Source: the human T2T-CHM13v2.0 reference genome, Homo sapiens
DNA length: 64,000 bases
Reading direction: 5' to 3' (one strand)
NCBI RefSeq assembly: GCF_009914755.1
Contig: NC_060932.1
In this document: piece by piece, positions 1-11,860 of the stretch
How positions within the stretch are numbered: the first letter of the stretch is position 1
How the letters are laid out: each line of letters starts with the position of its first letter
The notes under the pieces: generated by a model
Seen by the model: only the letters and a program-made list of their open reading frames with translations
The model's database searches: none
What the model was told of the DNA's origin: nothing
Position numbers and translations under genes: made by a program

Positions 1-261
1 ATGGCTGCTATATTTTCTCTTTTTGCTGTAAGGATATAAATTATAACTTTGTTTTGCCTTCTAAGGATATAAATTATAACTTTGGCCTTCTCTGTGCATT
101 GCTTTGTTTCTTCCAGGTTCTTTTTTATTTCTGTTTGATTTTATAAGCTCTTGCTTTCATTTTGGAGGTTTTCCTCACATATCTGTGGTTGTTACCTGTC
201 TCTTACTTGAGAACCTCTCAGAGGGTGTCTGTGCATAACATGTCCTTTCATCTGCACGAAA

Positions 262-585
262 GGGCTTCTTATTAGTGTAACATCCAAATGTCAGTATTTT
301 ACAGCTCTTTTTCTCTGATGCTGTTGAGCGTCTACAAAAAATAGGAGAGATGAGAGGTGCAGTAGTCTTCTGGCAGCAGGCACATGTGCACATATATGTA
401 ACACCACTTATGTTGGTGAGTATTATGGGCTTCTTATTAGTGTAACATCCAAATGTCAGTATTTTATACCTCTTTTTCTCTGATGCTGTTGAGCGTCTAC
501 AAAAAATAGAGATGGGAGGTGTAGTAGTCTTCTGGAAGCAGGCACAGGTGCACATATATGTAACAGCACTTATGTTGGTGAGTAT
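262..585. repeat. Two-copy tandem duplication, period 165 bp
   Basis: 262-423 vs 427-585; by eye about 7 substitutions and one 3-bp indel. Confidence 0.95.
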
Positions 586-973
586 CTAATGATATACTTA
601 GGTATTGTTATCTAATCCTCTGCTTTTAGCCCAACTACTTACTCTGATTCCATAGCTCCATAGTTCCCAAGGCCTTGTCCGTTTTGGGATTCTGTATAGC
701 AAATATTAATACCTTACTTCTATTTGGTCTCTGCAGAACTCAGGTAGTGCCTCTGTTCTCTTAAGTCAATTATCACTCCTCCATCTCTTCAATTTTATAA
801 AAATTTTATAAATTCTCTTGAATGTTTTAGTTTCCCATTCTTTTCTCTATCTTAGCTCTTTTGTATTTTTACCTTTTTATACTCCTTTACTGTGAATTTA
901 ATGTGGTTAGGGGAAGAAGATGTTGAAATAGAATCATGGAGTCAATCTGCCATTTTTCAGAAATACTATTTTA

Positions 974-1123
974 GTGGCATGTGCTTGTAGTCCCAGCTAC
1001 TCAGGGGGCTGAGATAGGAGGATCATGTGAGACCAGGAATTCAAGCCTGCCGTGGGCTATTATTGCACCACTCCATTCCAGCCTAGGGGACAGAGCATGA
1101 CTTGGCTCAAGAAAGAAAAAGAA
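974..1123 (+). mobile_element. Old Alu right-arm monomer (FRAM/AluJ-like)
   Basis: tgtagtcccagctactc...ccagcctagggga plus A-rich tail. Confidence 0.8.
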
Positions 1124-1152
1124 ATTTTATTTTAAACCTATGCTGCCACTTC

Positions 1153-1154
<2 letters not shown>

Positions 1155-1195
<41 letters not shown>

Positions 1196-1477
1196 TTGAG
1201 ACATAGCATCGCTCTATCGCTCAGGCTGGACTGCAGGGGTGTGATCTCAGTCACTGGAACTTCACCTCCCAGGTTCAAGTGATTCTTCCACCTCAGCCTC
1301 CCAAGTAGCTAGGATTACAGGCGCCGGCCACCATGACCAGCTAATTTTTTTTGTATTTTTAGTAGAGACAGGGTTTCACTATGTTGGCTATGCTGGTCTC
1401 AAACTCCTGACCTCAAGTTCCGCCTGCCTCAGCTTGCAAAGTGCTGGGAATACAGTCGTGAGCCGCTGCACCCAGCC
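1155..1477 (-). mobile_element. AluS-type with (TTA)n microsatellite tail (1155-1193)
   Basis: Full dimer in reverse; atttattatt flanks both ends. Confidence 0.9.
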
Positions 1478-3336
1478 CATTTATTATTTTTGATTTTTCT
1501 GAAGTGATATAAATGATTCATTTTGATGTTTAAAACTATAGCTAAGAACTTCTGATTTATAAAGTGTCTTTTAAGTATAATATGCTGCTGAGCATAAGCC
1601 TGGCGTGTAAATTAACCTGTATGTGTTATAAGAATAATTTAACTGATGTAAGTGAACAGCAGTAACTTACAGAAATACAGTTCTCTTATATGATAGCCTT
1701 GAAGATTTTTATGTCAAAGACATTGGCTCTCAACTCGGAATGCCTTCCCTGACTCTATAGATTTGTTGAAATATCTCTCTCTACTTTCAGATAATGTCTT
1801 TTTTTGTAATTATTTGATCATTGTTTGTCTTCTTTACTTGTCTTAGCCCCTTAAGGAGAGGCACTGTGTTCGTCTTTGTCACATTTATGTCTTCATTGCC
1901 TGTTAAGGGTCCTAGCCTGATAGGCACAATATGTATTTGTTGAATAAATAAGCTCATGCTAAATATTTGTATGGAACATACACTGAGAAATGAGTTTAAT
2001 ATTTTGTTCAGCTAAAGCAGTTATTTTTAGCATTTGAATTGGGACGACTTCAGTAAAGGTCAAAATTCCAGGCTTTGGGAGATCAGATCACGTGGCACTG
2101 TATTTATTTTAATTGTGCAAGTTTGGGTTGCCAAAATTTTTTAGCAAACTATGGCTTTGGCCTTTATTTATATTATAAAGAGATGATTCTGATTAGAACC
2201 TCAAAGTTTTAGCCTTAAAGCACTATTTTTATTAGTGGGAAAAAATTTTGTTCTAGAACTGCCTTTTTTTTTCATGCCCAGAATAAAAAAACGATTAGAT
2301 TGCTTAACATACTTCAGTGTTTTACTTAATTGTACAGAAGACATGATCTTGTTTTATGATTTGTTCGCCTTAAAAAGCTTCAAGCAACATATTTGAGTAT
2401 TACTGTGGAGTGGAAAACTAGTTAGACAAATTTTTTATCTCTTTCATATCTGTAATAATTGCAAATAGTCATACATTATTAAGTTTCCTTTACCATATGT
2501 TTTCCAGCCTCTTTTGTCAAGGCAGCATATCTTGAGATGTGAGGATATAATGCTTTTTCCCAGAATATCGAAGAATTTGCCAGATGCTTACAGGCATACG
2601 TTTTGCCGTGCTTCATTTTCTTGTGCTTCACAGATACTGCATTTTTTACAAGTTCAAGATTTGTGGCAACAGTGAATTGAGCAAATCAGTTGGCACCATT
2701 TTTCCAACATTATACGCGTACTTAATGTTTCTGTGTCATGTTTTGATAATTCTTGCAGTATTTCAGACTTTTTCGTTATTATTTTATCTGTTATGGTAAT
2801 CTGTGATCATTTATCTTTGACCTTACTATTGTAATTGTACCATGCACCATGAACCGCACCCATATAAGACAGCAAAGAATAAATGTTATGTGTAGTTTCC
2901 TCCATGAACCAGCTTTTCCCTAGTCTCTTTCCCTCTTCTCGGGCCTCCCTGTTCCCTCAGTCACAAAAATACTGAAATTAGGTCAGTTACTAATCCTAGA
3001 ATGGCCTCTAAGTGTTCACGTGGAAGGAAGAGTTGCACATCTCTCACTTTAAATCAAAAGCTAGAAATGATTAAGCTTAATGAGGAAGGCATGTTGAAAT
3101 ACTACATAAGCCAAAAGATAGGTCTCTTGTGGAAAGAGTTAGCGAAGTTGTGAATGCAGCGGAAAAGTTTTTGAAGGAAATTAAAAGTGCTCTTTGTGAA
3201 CACACAGATTATAAGGAGACAAAACAGCCTTACTGCTGAGATGGAGCAAGTTTTAGTGGTCTATGTAGAAGACCAAACCACAACATTCCCTTAAGACAGA
3301 GCTTAATCCAGATTAAGGCCTTAATTATCATCAATT

Positions 3337-3627
3337 TTTTTTTTTGAGACCGAGTCTTGCTCTGTCGCCCAGGCTGGAGTGCAGTGGCGTGATCTCCACT
3401 CACTGCAAGCTCCGCCTCGCCGGGTTCATACCATTCTTCTGCCTCAGCCTCCCGAGTAGCTGGGACTGCAGGCTCCCACCACCACACCCAGCTAATTTTT
3501 TTGTATTTTTAGTAGAGACGGGATTTCACTGTGTTTGCCAGGATGGTCTTGATGTCCTGACTTCGTGATTTGCCCGACTTGGCCTCCCAAATTGCTGGGA
3601 TTACAGTGTGAGCCACCGTGCCTGGCC
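3337..3627 (-). mobile_element. AluY inserted in Tigger1
   Basis: TSD aa(t/c)tatcatcaatt at 3323-3336 and 3628-3641. Confidence 0.92.
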
Positions 3628-4092
3628 AACTATCATCAATTATTTTAAAGTTGTGAAAAGTAAGGAAGCTGCAGAAGAAAAGTTGGAAGTTAGCAGAGAA
3701 TGGTTCATGAGATTTAAGGAAAGAAGCCTTCTCCATAACATAAAAGTGCAAGGTGAAGTGGAAATGATGATGTGCAGGGGGTAGCAGGTGATCCAGAAGA
3801 TCTAGCTAGGATAACTGATGAAGGTGGTTACACTGAACAACAGATTTTCAATAGAGATGAAACAGCCTGTTAGTGCAAAAGGCTGCCGTCTAGGACTTTG
3901 ATAGCTAGAGAGAGGTCAATACCTGGCTTCAAAACTTCAAAGGATAGGCTGGCCCTTTTGTTAGGGGCTAATGCAGCTGGTGACTTGAAGTTGAAGGCAG
4001 TGCTCATTTACCATTCTGAAAATCCTAGGGCCCTTAAGAATTATGCTAAATCTATGCTACCTGTGTTATGTTAGGGGGACTGCAAAGCTTGG

Positions 4093-4509
4093 ATGACAAC
4101 ACATCTGTTTACAGCATGGTTTACTGATTGTTTTAAGCTCACTATTGAGACCTGCTGCTTAGAAAAAAAGATTCAGTTGAAAATATTACTGCTCATTGAC
4201 AATGTACGTAGTCACCCAAGAGGTCTGATGGAGATTTACAAGGAGATCAGTGTTTTTATGTCTGCTAACACAGTATCCATTCTGCAGTCCATGGATCAAG
4301 GAGTAATTTTGACTTTCACATCTTATTATTTAAGAAACACATTTTGTAAGGCTATAGCTGCCATAGATAGTGATTCCTCTGATGGATCTGGGCAAAGTGA
4401 ATTGAAAACTTTCTGGAAAGGATTTACCATTCTAGATGCCATTAAGAATATCTGTGATTCACTGGTAGAGGTAAAAGTATCAACATTAGTAGGAGTTTGG
4501 AAAAGTTAA
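4093..4509 (+). pseudogene. Tigger1 DDE-transposase fragment (disabled)
   Basis: ORF with KILLLIDN...[11 protein letters not shown]...[14 protein letters not shown]; stops and frameshifts either side. Confidence 0.85.
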
Positions 4510-5884
4510 TTCCAACTTTCATGGATGACCTCAAGGGATTCAAGATTTCAGTGAAGGAAGTAGCTGCAGAGGTGGTGAAATAGCAAGAGAACTACAATTA
4601 GAAATGGAGCCTAAAGATATGACTGAATTGCTGCAATTTCATGATAAAACTTTAACAGACGAGGACTTGCCTCTATGAATGAGCAAAGAAAATGGTTTCT
4701 TGAGATGTAGTCTAATCCTGGTGAAGATGCTGTGAACATTGTTGAAATGACAACAAAGATTTGGAATATTCCATGAGCTTATTTGATAGAGCAGTGGCAA
4801 GGTGATATAGTTTGGCTCAGTGTCCCACCCAAGTCATACCTTGAAGTGTAATAACACACATATGTCATGAGAGGGACCCAGTGGGAGGTGATTGAATCAT
4901 GGGGGCTGGTTTTTCCCACGCTGTCATCATGATAGTGAATAAGTCTCACAAGATCTGATGTTTTATAAAGGGGAGTACCCCTGCACATACTGTCTTTCCT
5001 GCCGCCATGTAAGAGGTGACTCTGCTCCTCTTTCACCTTTCGCCATGATTGTGAGGCCTTCCCAGCCTTGTGGAACTGTGAGTCAATTAAACATCTTTCC
5101 TTTATACATTACCCAGTCTTGGGTATGTTTTTATTAGCAGTGTGAGAACAGACTAACAGAGTAAATGGATACTGGTAGAGGGGGGTGCTGTTGTAAAGAT
5201 AACCAAAAATGTGGAAGTGACTTTGGAACTGGGTAATAGGCAGAGGTTGGAACAGTTTGGAGGGCTTAGAAGAAAACACAAAAATATGGGAAAGTTTGGA
5301 ACTTCCTACAGACTTGTTGAATGGCTTTGACCAAAATGCTGATAGTGATGTGGACAGTAAAGTCCAGGCTGAGTTGATCTCTAATGGAGACGAGGAACTT
5401 GTTGGGAACTGGAGCAAAGGTGACTCTTGGTATGTTTTAGCAAAGAGACTAGTGGCATGTTGTCCCTGCCCTAGAGATTTGTGGAATTTTGAACTTGAGA
5501 GAGATAATTTTGGCTATCTGTTGGAAGAAATCTTTAAGCAGCAAAGTGTTCAAGATGTGACTTGGGTGATGTTAAAGGCATTCAGTTTTATGTATTCACA
5601 AAGATATGGTTTGGAATTGGAAGTTATGTTTAAAAGGGGAGCAGAGCATAAAAGTTCAGAAAGTTTGCAACCTGATGATGTGATAGAAAAGAAAACCCCA
5701 TTTTCTCAGGAGAAATTCAAGCCAGCTGCAGAAATTTGCAAAAGTAAGGAGCCAAATGTTAGTCACCAAGACAGTGGGAAGAATGTCTCTAGGCAAGGTC
5801 AAAGGTCTTCACAGCAGCCCCACCCACCACAGACCTGGAAGCCTAGGAGGAAAAAATGGTTTTATGGGCCGGGACTAGTACCTT

Positions 5885-7273
5885 TGTGTCCGGAATTGAT
5901 GGGTTCTTGGTCTCACTGACTTCAAGAATGAAGCCGCGGACCCTCGCGGTGAGTGTTACAGCTCTTAAGGTGGCACGTCTGGAGTCTGTCCCTTCTGATG
6001 TTCAGATGTGTTCGGAGTTTCTTCCTTCTGGTGGGTTCGTGGTCTCGCTGGCTCAAGAGTGAAGCTGCAGACCTTTGCGGTGAGTGTTACAGCTCTTAGG
6101 GTAGCGTGTCTGGAGTTGTTCATTCCTGCCGGTGGGCTCGTGGTCTTGCTGGGCTCAGGAGTGAAGCTGCAGATCTTCGCTGTGAGTGTTACAGCTCATA
6201 AAAGCAGCGTGGACCCAAAGAGTGAGCAGTAGCAAGATTTATTGCAAAGAGCGAAAGAACAAAGCTTCCACAGTGTGGAAGGGGACCCGAGCGGGTTGCC
6301 AATGCTGGCTCGGGCAGCCTGCTTTTATTCTCTTATCTGGCCCCATCCACATCCTGCTGATTGGTAGAGCCGAGTGGCCTGTTTTGTCAGGGTGCTGATT
6401 GGTGCGTTTACAATCCCTGAGCTAGATACAAAGGTTCTCCACATCCCCATCAGATTAGTTAGATACAGAGTTTCGACACACAGGTTCTCCAAGGCCCCAC
6501 CAGAGCAGCTAGATACAGATTGTCGATTGGTGCAGTCACAAACCTTGAGCTAGACACAGGGTGCTGATTGGTGTGTTTACAATCCCTGAGCTAGATATAA
6601 AGACTCTCCACGTCCCCACCAGACTCAGGAGCCCAGCTGGCCTCACCCAGTGGATCCCGCACCAGGGCTGCAGGTGGAGCTACCTGCCAGTCCCGCGCCG
6701 TGCGCTCGCACTCCTCAGCCCTTGGGTGGTCGATGGCACTGGGCACCGTGGCGCAGGGGGTGGTGCTCGTTGGGGAGGCTTGGGCCGCACAGGAGCCCAC
6801 GGAGTGGGTGGGAGGCTCAGGCATGGCGGGCTGCAGGTCCCGAGTCCTGCCCCGCGGGAAGGCAGCTAAGGCTCGGCGAGAAATCGAGCGCAGCGCCCGT
6901 GGGCTGGCACTGCTGGGGGACCCAGTACACCTTCCGCAGCCACTGGCCCGGGTGCTAAGTCCCTCACTGCCCGGGGCCAGCAGGGCTGGCCGGCTGCTCC
7001 GACTGCGGGGCCTGCCAAGCCCACGCCCACCTGGAACTCCAGCTGGCCCACAAGCGCCACACGCAGCCCCAGTTCCTGCTCGCGCCTCTCCCTCCATACC
7101 TCCCTGCAAGCTGAGGGAATGGGCTCCAGCCTTGGCCAGCCCAGAAAGGGGCTCCCACAGTGCAGCGGCGGGCCGAAGAGCTCCTCAAGTGCTGCCAAAG
7201 TGGGAGCCCAGGCAGAGGAGGTGCCGAGAGCGAGCGAGGACTGTGAAGACTGCCAGCACGCTGTCACCTCTCA
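5885..7273 (-). mobile_element. LTR12C-type (ERV9) solo LTR inserted in THE1-int
   Basis: Minus strand begins TGAGAGGTGACAGCGTGCTGGCAG, ends TTCCGGACACA; 4-bp TSD CCTT at 5881-5884 and 7274-7277; GC/CpG-rich. Confidence 0.93.
6290..6600 (-). promoter_or_regulatory. LTR12 U3 promoter/enhancer motifs (CCAAT/NF-Y, GATA, AATAAA TATA-like box)
   Basis: Four ATTGG in ~6360-6570, ttatct 6333-6338, ttttatt 6323-6329. Confidence 0.65.
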
Positions 7274-8586
7274 CCTTGCTGCTTTGTACATTCTTGAGAC
7301 TTGGTACCCTGTGTCCCAGCCATGGCCAAAATGGGCCAATGTAGAGCTCAGGCCATTGCTTCAGAAGGTGCAAGCCCTAAGCCTTGGAGGTTTCCATGTG
7401 GTGTATGGAAACGCCTGGATGTCCAGGTAGAAGTCTGCTGCAAGGACAGAGCCCTCATGGAGAACCTCTGCTAGGGCAGTGCAGAAGGGATATGTGGGGT
7501 CAGAGCCCACACACAGAGTTCCCACTGGGCACTGCCTAGTGGAACTGTGACAAGAGGGCCACCATCCTCCAGACCCCAGAATGGTAAATCCACCAATAGC
7601 TTGCACCATGCACCTGGAAAAGCCACAGACACTCAACATCAGCCCATGAAAGCAGCCGGGAGTGGGGCTGTACCCTGCAAAGCCACAGGGGAAGAACTGC
7701 CCAAGGCCGTGGGAGCCTACCTCTTGGATCAGTGTGACCTGGATGTGAGACATGGAGTCAAAGGAGATCATTTTGGAGCTTTAAGATTTGCCTGTCCTGT
7801 TGGATTTTGGACTGGCATGGGACTGTAGCCCCTTTGTTTTGTACAGTTTCTCCCATTTGGAATGGGTGTGTTTACCCAATGTCTCTACCCCCTTTGTATC
7901 TAGGAAGTAAGTAACTTGCTTTTGATTTTATAGGCTCATAGGCAGAAAGGACTTGCCTTGTCTCAGATTAGATTTTGGACTGTGGACTTTTGACTTAATA
8001 CTGAAATGAGTTAAGACTTTGGGGGACTGTTGGAAGGCACGATCAATTTTGTAATGTGATTTGGGAGGGCCCAGAGGTGGAATAATATGGTTTGGCTGTG
8101 TGTCCCACCCACATCTTGCCTTGAATTGTAATAATCCCCACGTGTCATGGGAGGGACCCGGTGGGAGATAATTGAATCGTGGGGGTGGGTTTTTCCCATG
8201 CTGTTGTCATGATGTTGAATAAGTCTCACAAGATCTGATGGTTTTATAAAGGAGAGTTCCTCTGCACATGCTCTCTTGACTGCTGCCATGTTAAGACATG
8301 ACTTTGCTCCTCATTTGCCTTCTGACATGACTGTGAGACCTCCCCAGCCTTGTGCAACTGTTAGTCAATTAAACCACTTTCCTTTATAAATTACCCAGTC
8401 TCGGGTATGTATTTATTAGCAGCATGAGAACAGACTAATACACAAGGTTTGAGAGGATGGACTCCAGTTTTGGAGAAGTTCTACTGTGAGTAAAATGCTA
8501 TCAAACAGCATCACCTGCTACAGAGAAATTTTTTTTTCACAAAAGGAAGAGTCCGTCGATGTGGCAGACTTCATTGTTGACTTATT

Positions 8587-8931
<345 letters not shown>

Positions 8932-9785
8932 TCAGTTAGTAGCCATCAACATCAAGGCAAGACCCTTCAGCATCAAAAAATTTTGATTTGCTGAAGGCTC
9001 AGATGATCATTAGCACTTTTTTAGCAATAAAGTATTTTTAAATTAAGTTATGTACTGTTGTAGACATAATGCTGTTGCACACTTAATAGGCTAATTGTAG
9101 CATAAACATAACTTTTATATGCACTGGGAAACCAGAATATTTATGTGGCTCGCTTTATTGCAATATTTGTTTTATTGTGGTGGTGTGGAACTGAACCTTC
9201 AGTGTATCCGAAGTATGCCTGTAAATGGAGAAAAGTCCCAGTTTTTTATAGTGAGGGAAGTTACATAGACATGAAATTGAAGATAAGCTAATTCTATGTG
9301 GAATAGCATTGTTGTATGAGAAGCTAAATAGCTGATCCCCTCTCTTAGTTTCTTCAAGTGCACGAGAGTCTGGATGCCTTATAATGGCCTGACCATCTAA
9401 TAGAGTCACATACAATGATTTGAGTAGAGATTACTTTTCAGTTTTAGTAAATATTTGGGTTTAATGTGACTTCTTAATTGATTCTCACATATAATGCTAT
9501 ATATAGGATTATACATACATAATTTGGGGCTGGACTATTTTATAAGTGCTAAGTAATATGTAGCTGTCCTCTTACAGATTGAATATGTAATTTATCTCTA
9601 GTAATTTTTGAGAAATGAATGCTATTTTCTACCCAAAGATTAAAGGAAACATTTGGGATCATTAAACAATGATATTAACCCTATAAAATAATTTTATATA
9701 TTTATGGCTCAGTGTAATATTTTGATATGTGTATATATTGTTGAGTGATTAAATCAAGCTCATGAAGGTATCCATCATCTTGCAT

Positions 9786-9787
<2 letters not shown>

Positions 9788-9818
<31 letters not shown>

Positions 9819-10100
9819 AGATGGAGTTTCGCTCTTGTTGCCCAGGCTGAAGTAGAATGGCACGATCTCAGCTCACTGCAACCTCCACCTCCCATGTTCA
9901 AGTGATTCTCTTGCCTTAGCCTCCTGAGTAGCTGGGATTACAAGCATGCGCCAGCACGCCTGGCTAATTTTTGTATTTTTAGTAGAGACGGGGTTTCTCC
10001 ATGTTGGTCAGGCTGGTCTCGAACTCCCGATCTCAGGTGATCCGCCCACCTCGGCCTCCCGAAGTGTTGGGATTATAGGCATGAGCCACTGTGCCTGGCC
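9788..10100 (-). mobile_element. AluS-type with ~30-nt poly(T), inserted after an L1MA 3' fragment (~9690-9785)
   Basis: Full dimer in reverse orientation. Confidence 0.9.
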
Positions 10101-10646
10101 CCATTATCATATTTTTAACCTTAAATTTTTAAAGCTTCTTTGAGGAAGATTTATTCATTACCCACGCTATAACATACAAGTCTTGTATCTCAAAAGATTT
10201 TAATAAATCCTTATTTAATGACCAAATTAATTAAAAATCCAGAAATAAATTACAATTTTTCTAATTATTATAGTTCTTCCAAAATCTTGCTTATACAGAA
10301 TCATTTCATTCATGCAAATTTACATTGGACTTTATGGAGATCAGAAGATCACATAAACACCCTAACAGAAGGGGAAAATAATAGATGTCTGTTACCTTGT
10401 ATTACCTGTAAGCATTAATGATTGGATACTGAGTCGTAGTAGCTTTAGCAGTAATGGTGAATTTAGTAACTTACAGTTTCATGAAATAGCAAATGCAGAG
10501 ATTATATATTTTTATTTTCTCCCCCATAAACATATGAAAAAAAATTCATTTTCTTTAGAGGCATCCTTAGACTTCAGTATTAGTGGCTGGTCAAATGCTT
10601 TAATGTTTTTCTTATTTTTATATAGTGGCACATGTAAAATTATATA

Positions 10647-10738
10647 TGGTAGTCCCACTGTATCTGCTGGTTAACTTTCCATGATTTCAGTTACCAGTGA
10701 CCAACCTCTGTCTGAAAATAATAAATGGAAAATTCTAG
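10647..10738. mobile_element. MER44 (Tigger family) terminal fragment
   Basis: gtagtccc...ttcagttacc...aaatggaaaattc resembles MER44 end; reverse-complementary to the end of 40672-41037. Confidence 0.6.
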
Positions 10739-10739
10739 G

Positions 10740-11860
10740 GTTTTAGGGGTCAGGAAAATGGAAGAATCAAGGGTGTTATTCAAGTGTTTTGTCTTGGGCA
10801 ATTGGGTGGATTTGCTGCAATTCACTGAGACTAGGCCTTCAGGAGAAAAAACAGGTTGGGAATAATGGGCATGGATGATGAATCTGTAACTTGTACAATA
10901 GATCAAGGTGTCTTTTGGACAGCTGAAGGTAAATTTCCATTTGGATGCATAAGTCAGAAGCTCAGGAGAGAAATCCTTACTATAGAAATAGATTTGGGAA
11001 TCATCACGTATTAAAAATCATAAGAATGGATGACATTGTTCAGAATATGTAGAATGAGAAGAGAAAAGCATCTAAGGAGAGAACTCTGGTGAGCATCCAT
11101 GACTTAAAGGACCGGCAGAGAAAAGAAAGTCTGCAAAAGCTGAAAAGTTGGGTCAAGACAGGTTAAAAAAAAAAAAAAGTCAGGGGGCCATGGAAGTCAA
11201 AAAAAGGTAATACTATATTTTCGGAAAGGAAGCAGTCAGTTATACTGAAAGCTATCCAAGGAGGTCAACTGAGATAGAAATACAAAGTGTGCATTGGATT
11301 TAGCAACAAGGAAGTCATGGGTGATTTTGTGAAGACATTGGAGGTGATAATCAGATTACAGTTGGATAAGCTGAGTAAATGTGAAGAAAAGGTAAAGTGG
11401 ACTAAGTGAGGTAAGTGTTGACAGCCATATCAAGAATTTGTCTCTGAAGAAGAGAGAGGATAGTAGCCTGAGGGACATGGAATTGATTTTTTTTTTTTAA
11501 GATGGAAGACCCTCGATCGTGTTTAAATGCTGATGGAAAAAAGAAGATTAAATTTAAAGGAAAGAGAATAATTGATGTGATAAGGACCCAGGTGGGAGTA
11601 GGAGATAAAAATTAAAGCCCAAGGAAAGAGTTTAATCTTAGATAATAGGAGGGATGCTGTTTCCATTATGACAGGAGGATGGAATGCAAGGACACTATAT
11701 GTATGCTTAGTGGCAAGTAGTTGAAGGTGTTCTTCTTGCCTGATGGCTTCTATATTCTCTGTGAAATAAGAGGTGATGTCATCTTCTCGGAGCAAGATAC
11801 AGAAATATGCGGAGTAACTATGATAGAGGTTTGGGGGAAAGTGGAGGATTGACCTAGCCA
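10740..11860 (-). mobile_element. Decayed L2 LINE
   Basis: Purine-rich stretch with cattggatttagcaacaaggaagtca and similar L2 hallmarks. Confidence 0.6.

Larger units (their letters stand above)
4803..8442 (+). mobile_element. THE1 (ERVL-MaLR) provirus: 5' LTR 4803-5158, internal region, 3' LTR 8083-8442
   Basis: Two similar LTRs; 5-bp TSD CAAGG at 4798-4802 and 8443-8447; MaLR-int ORF 5257-5919. Confidence 0.93.

Noticed and set aside
5257-5919. 220-aa ORF, longest in window
   Set aside because: Standard MaLR/THE1 internal ORF remnant, non-ATG start, cut by the LTR12C insertion
5856-7430. Dense overlapping ORFs and CpG-island appearance
   Set aside because: GC-rich LTR12C sequence lacks stops; not a host gene or host promoter
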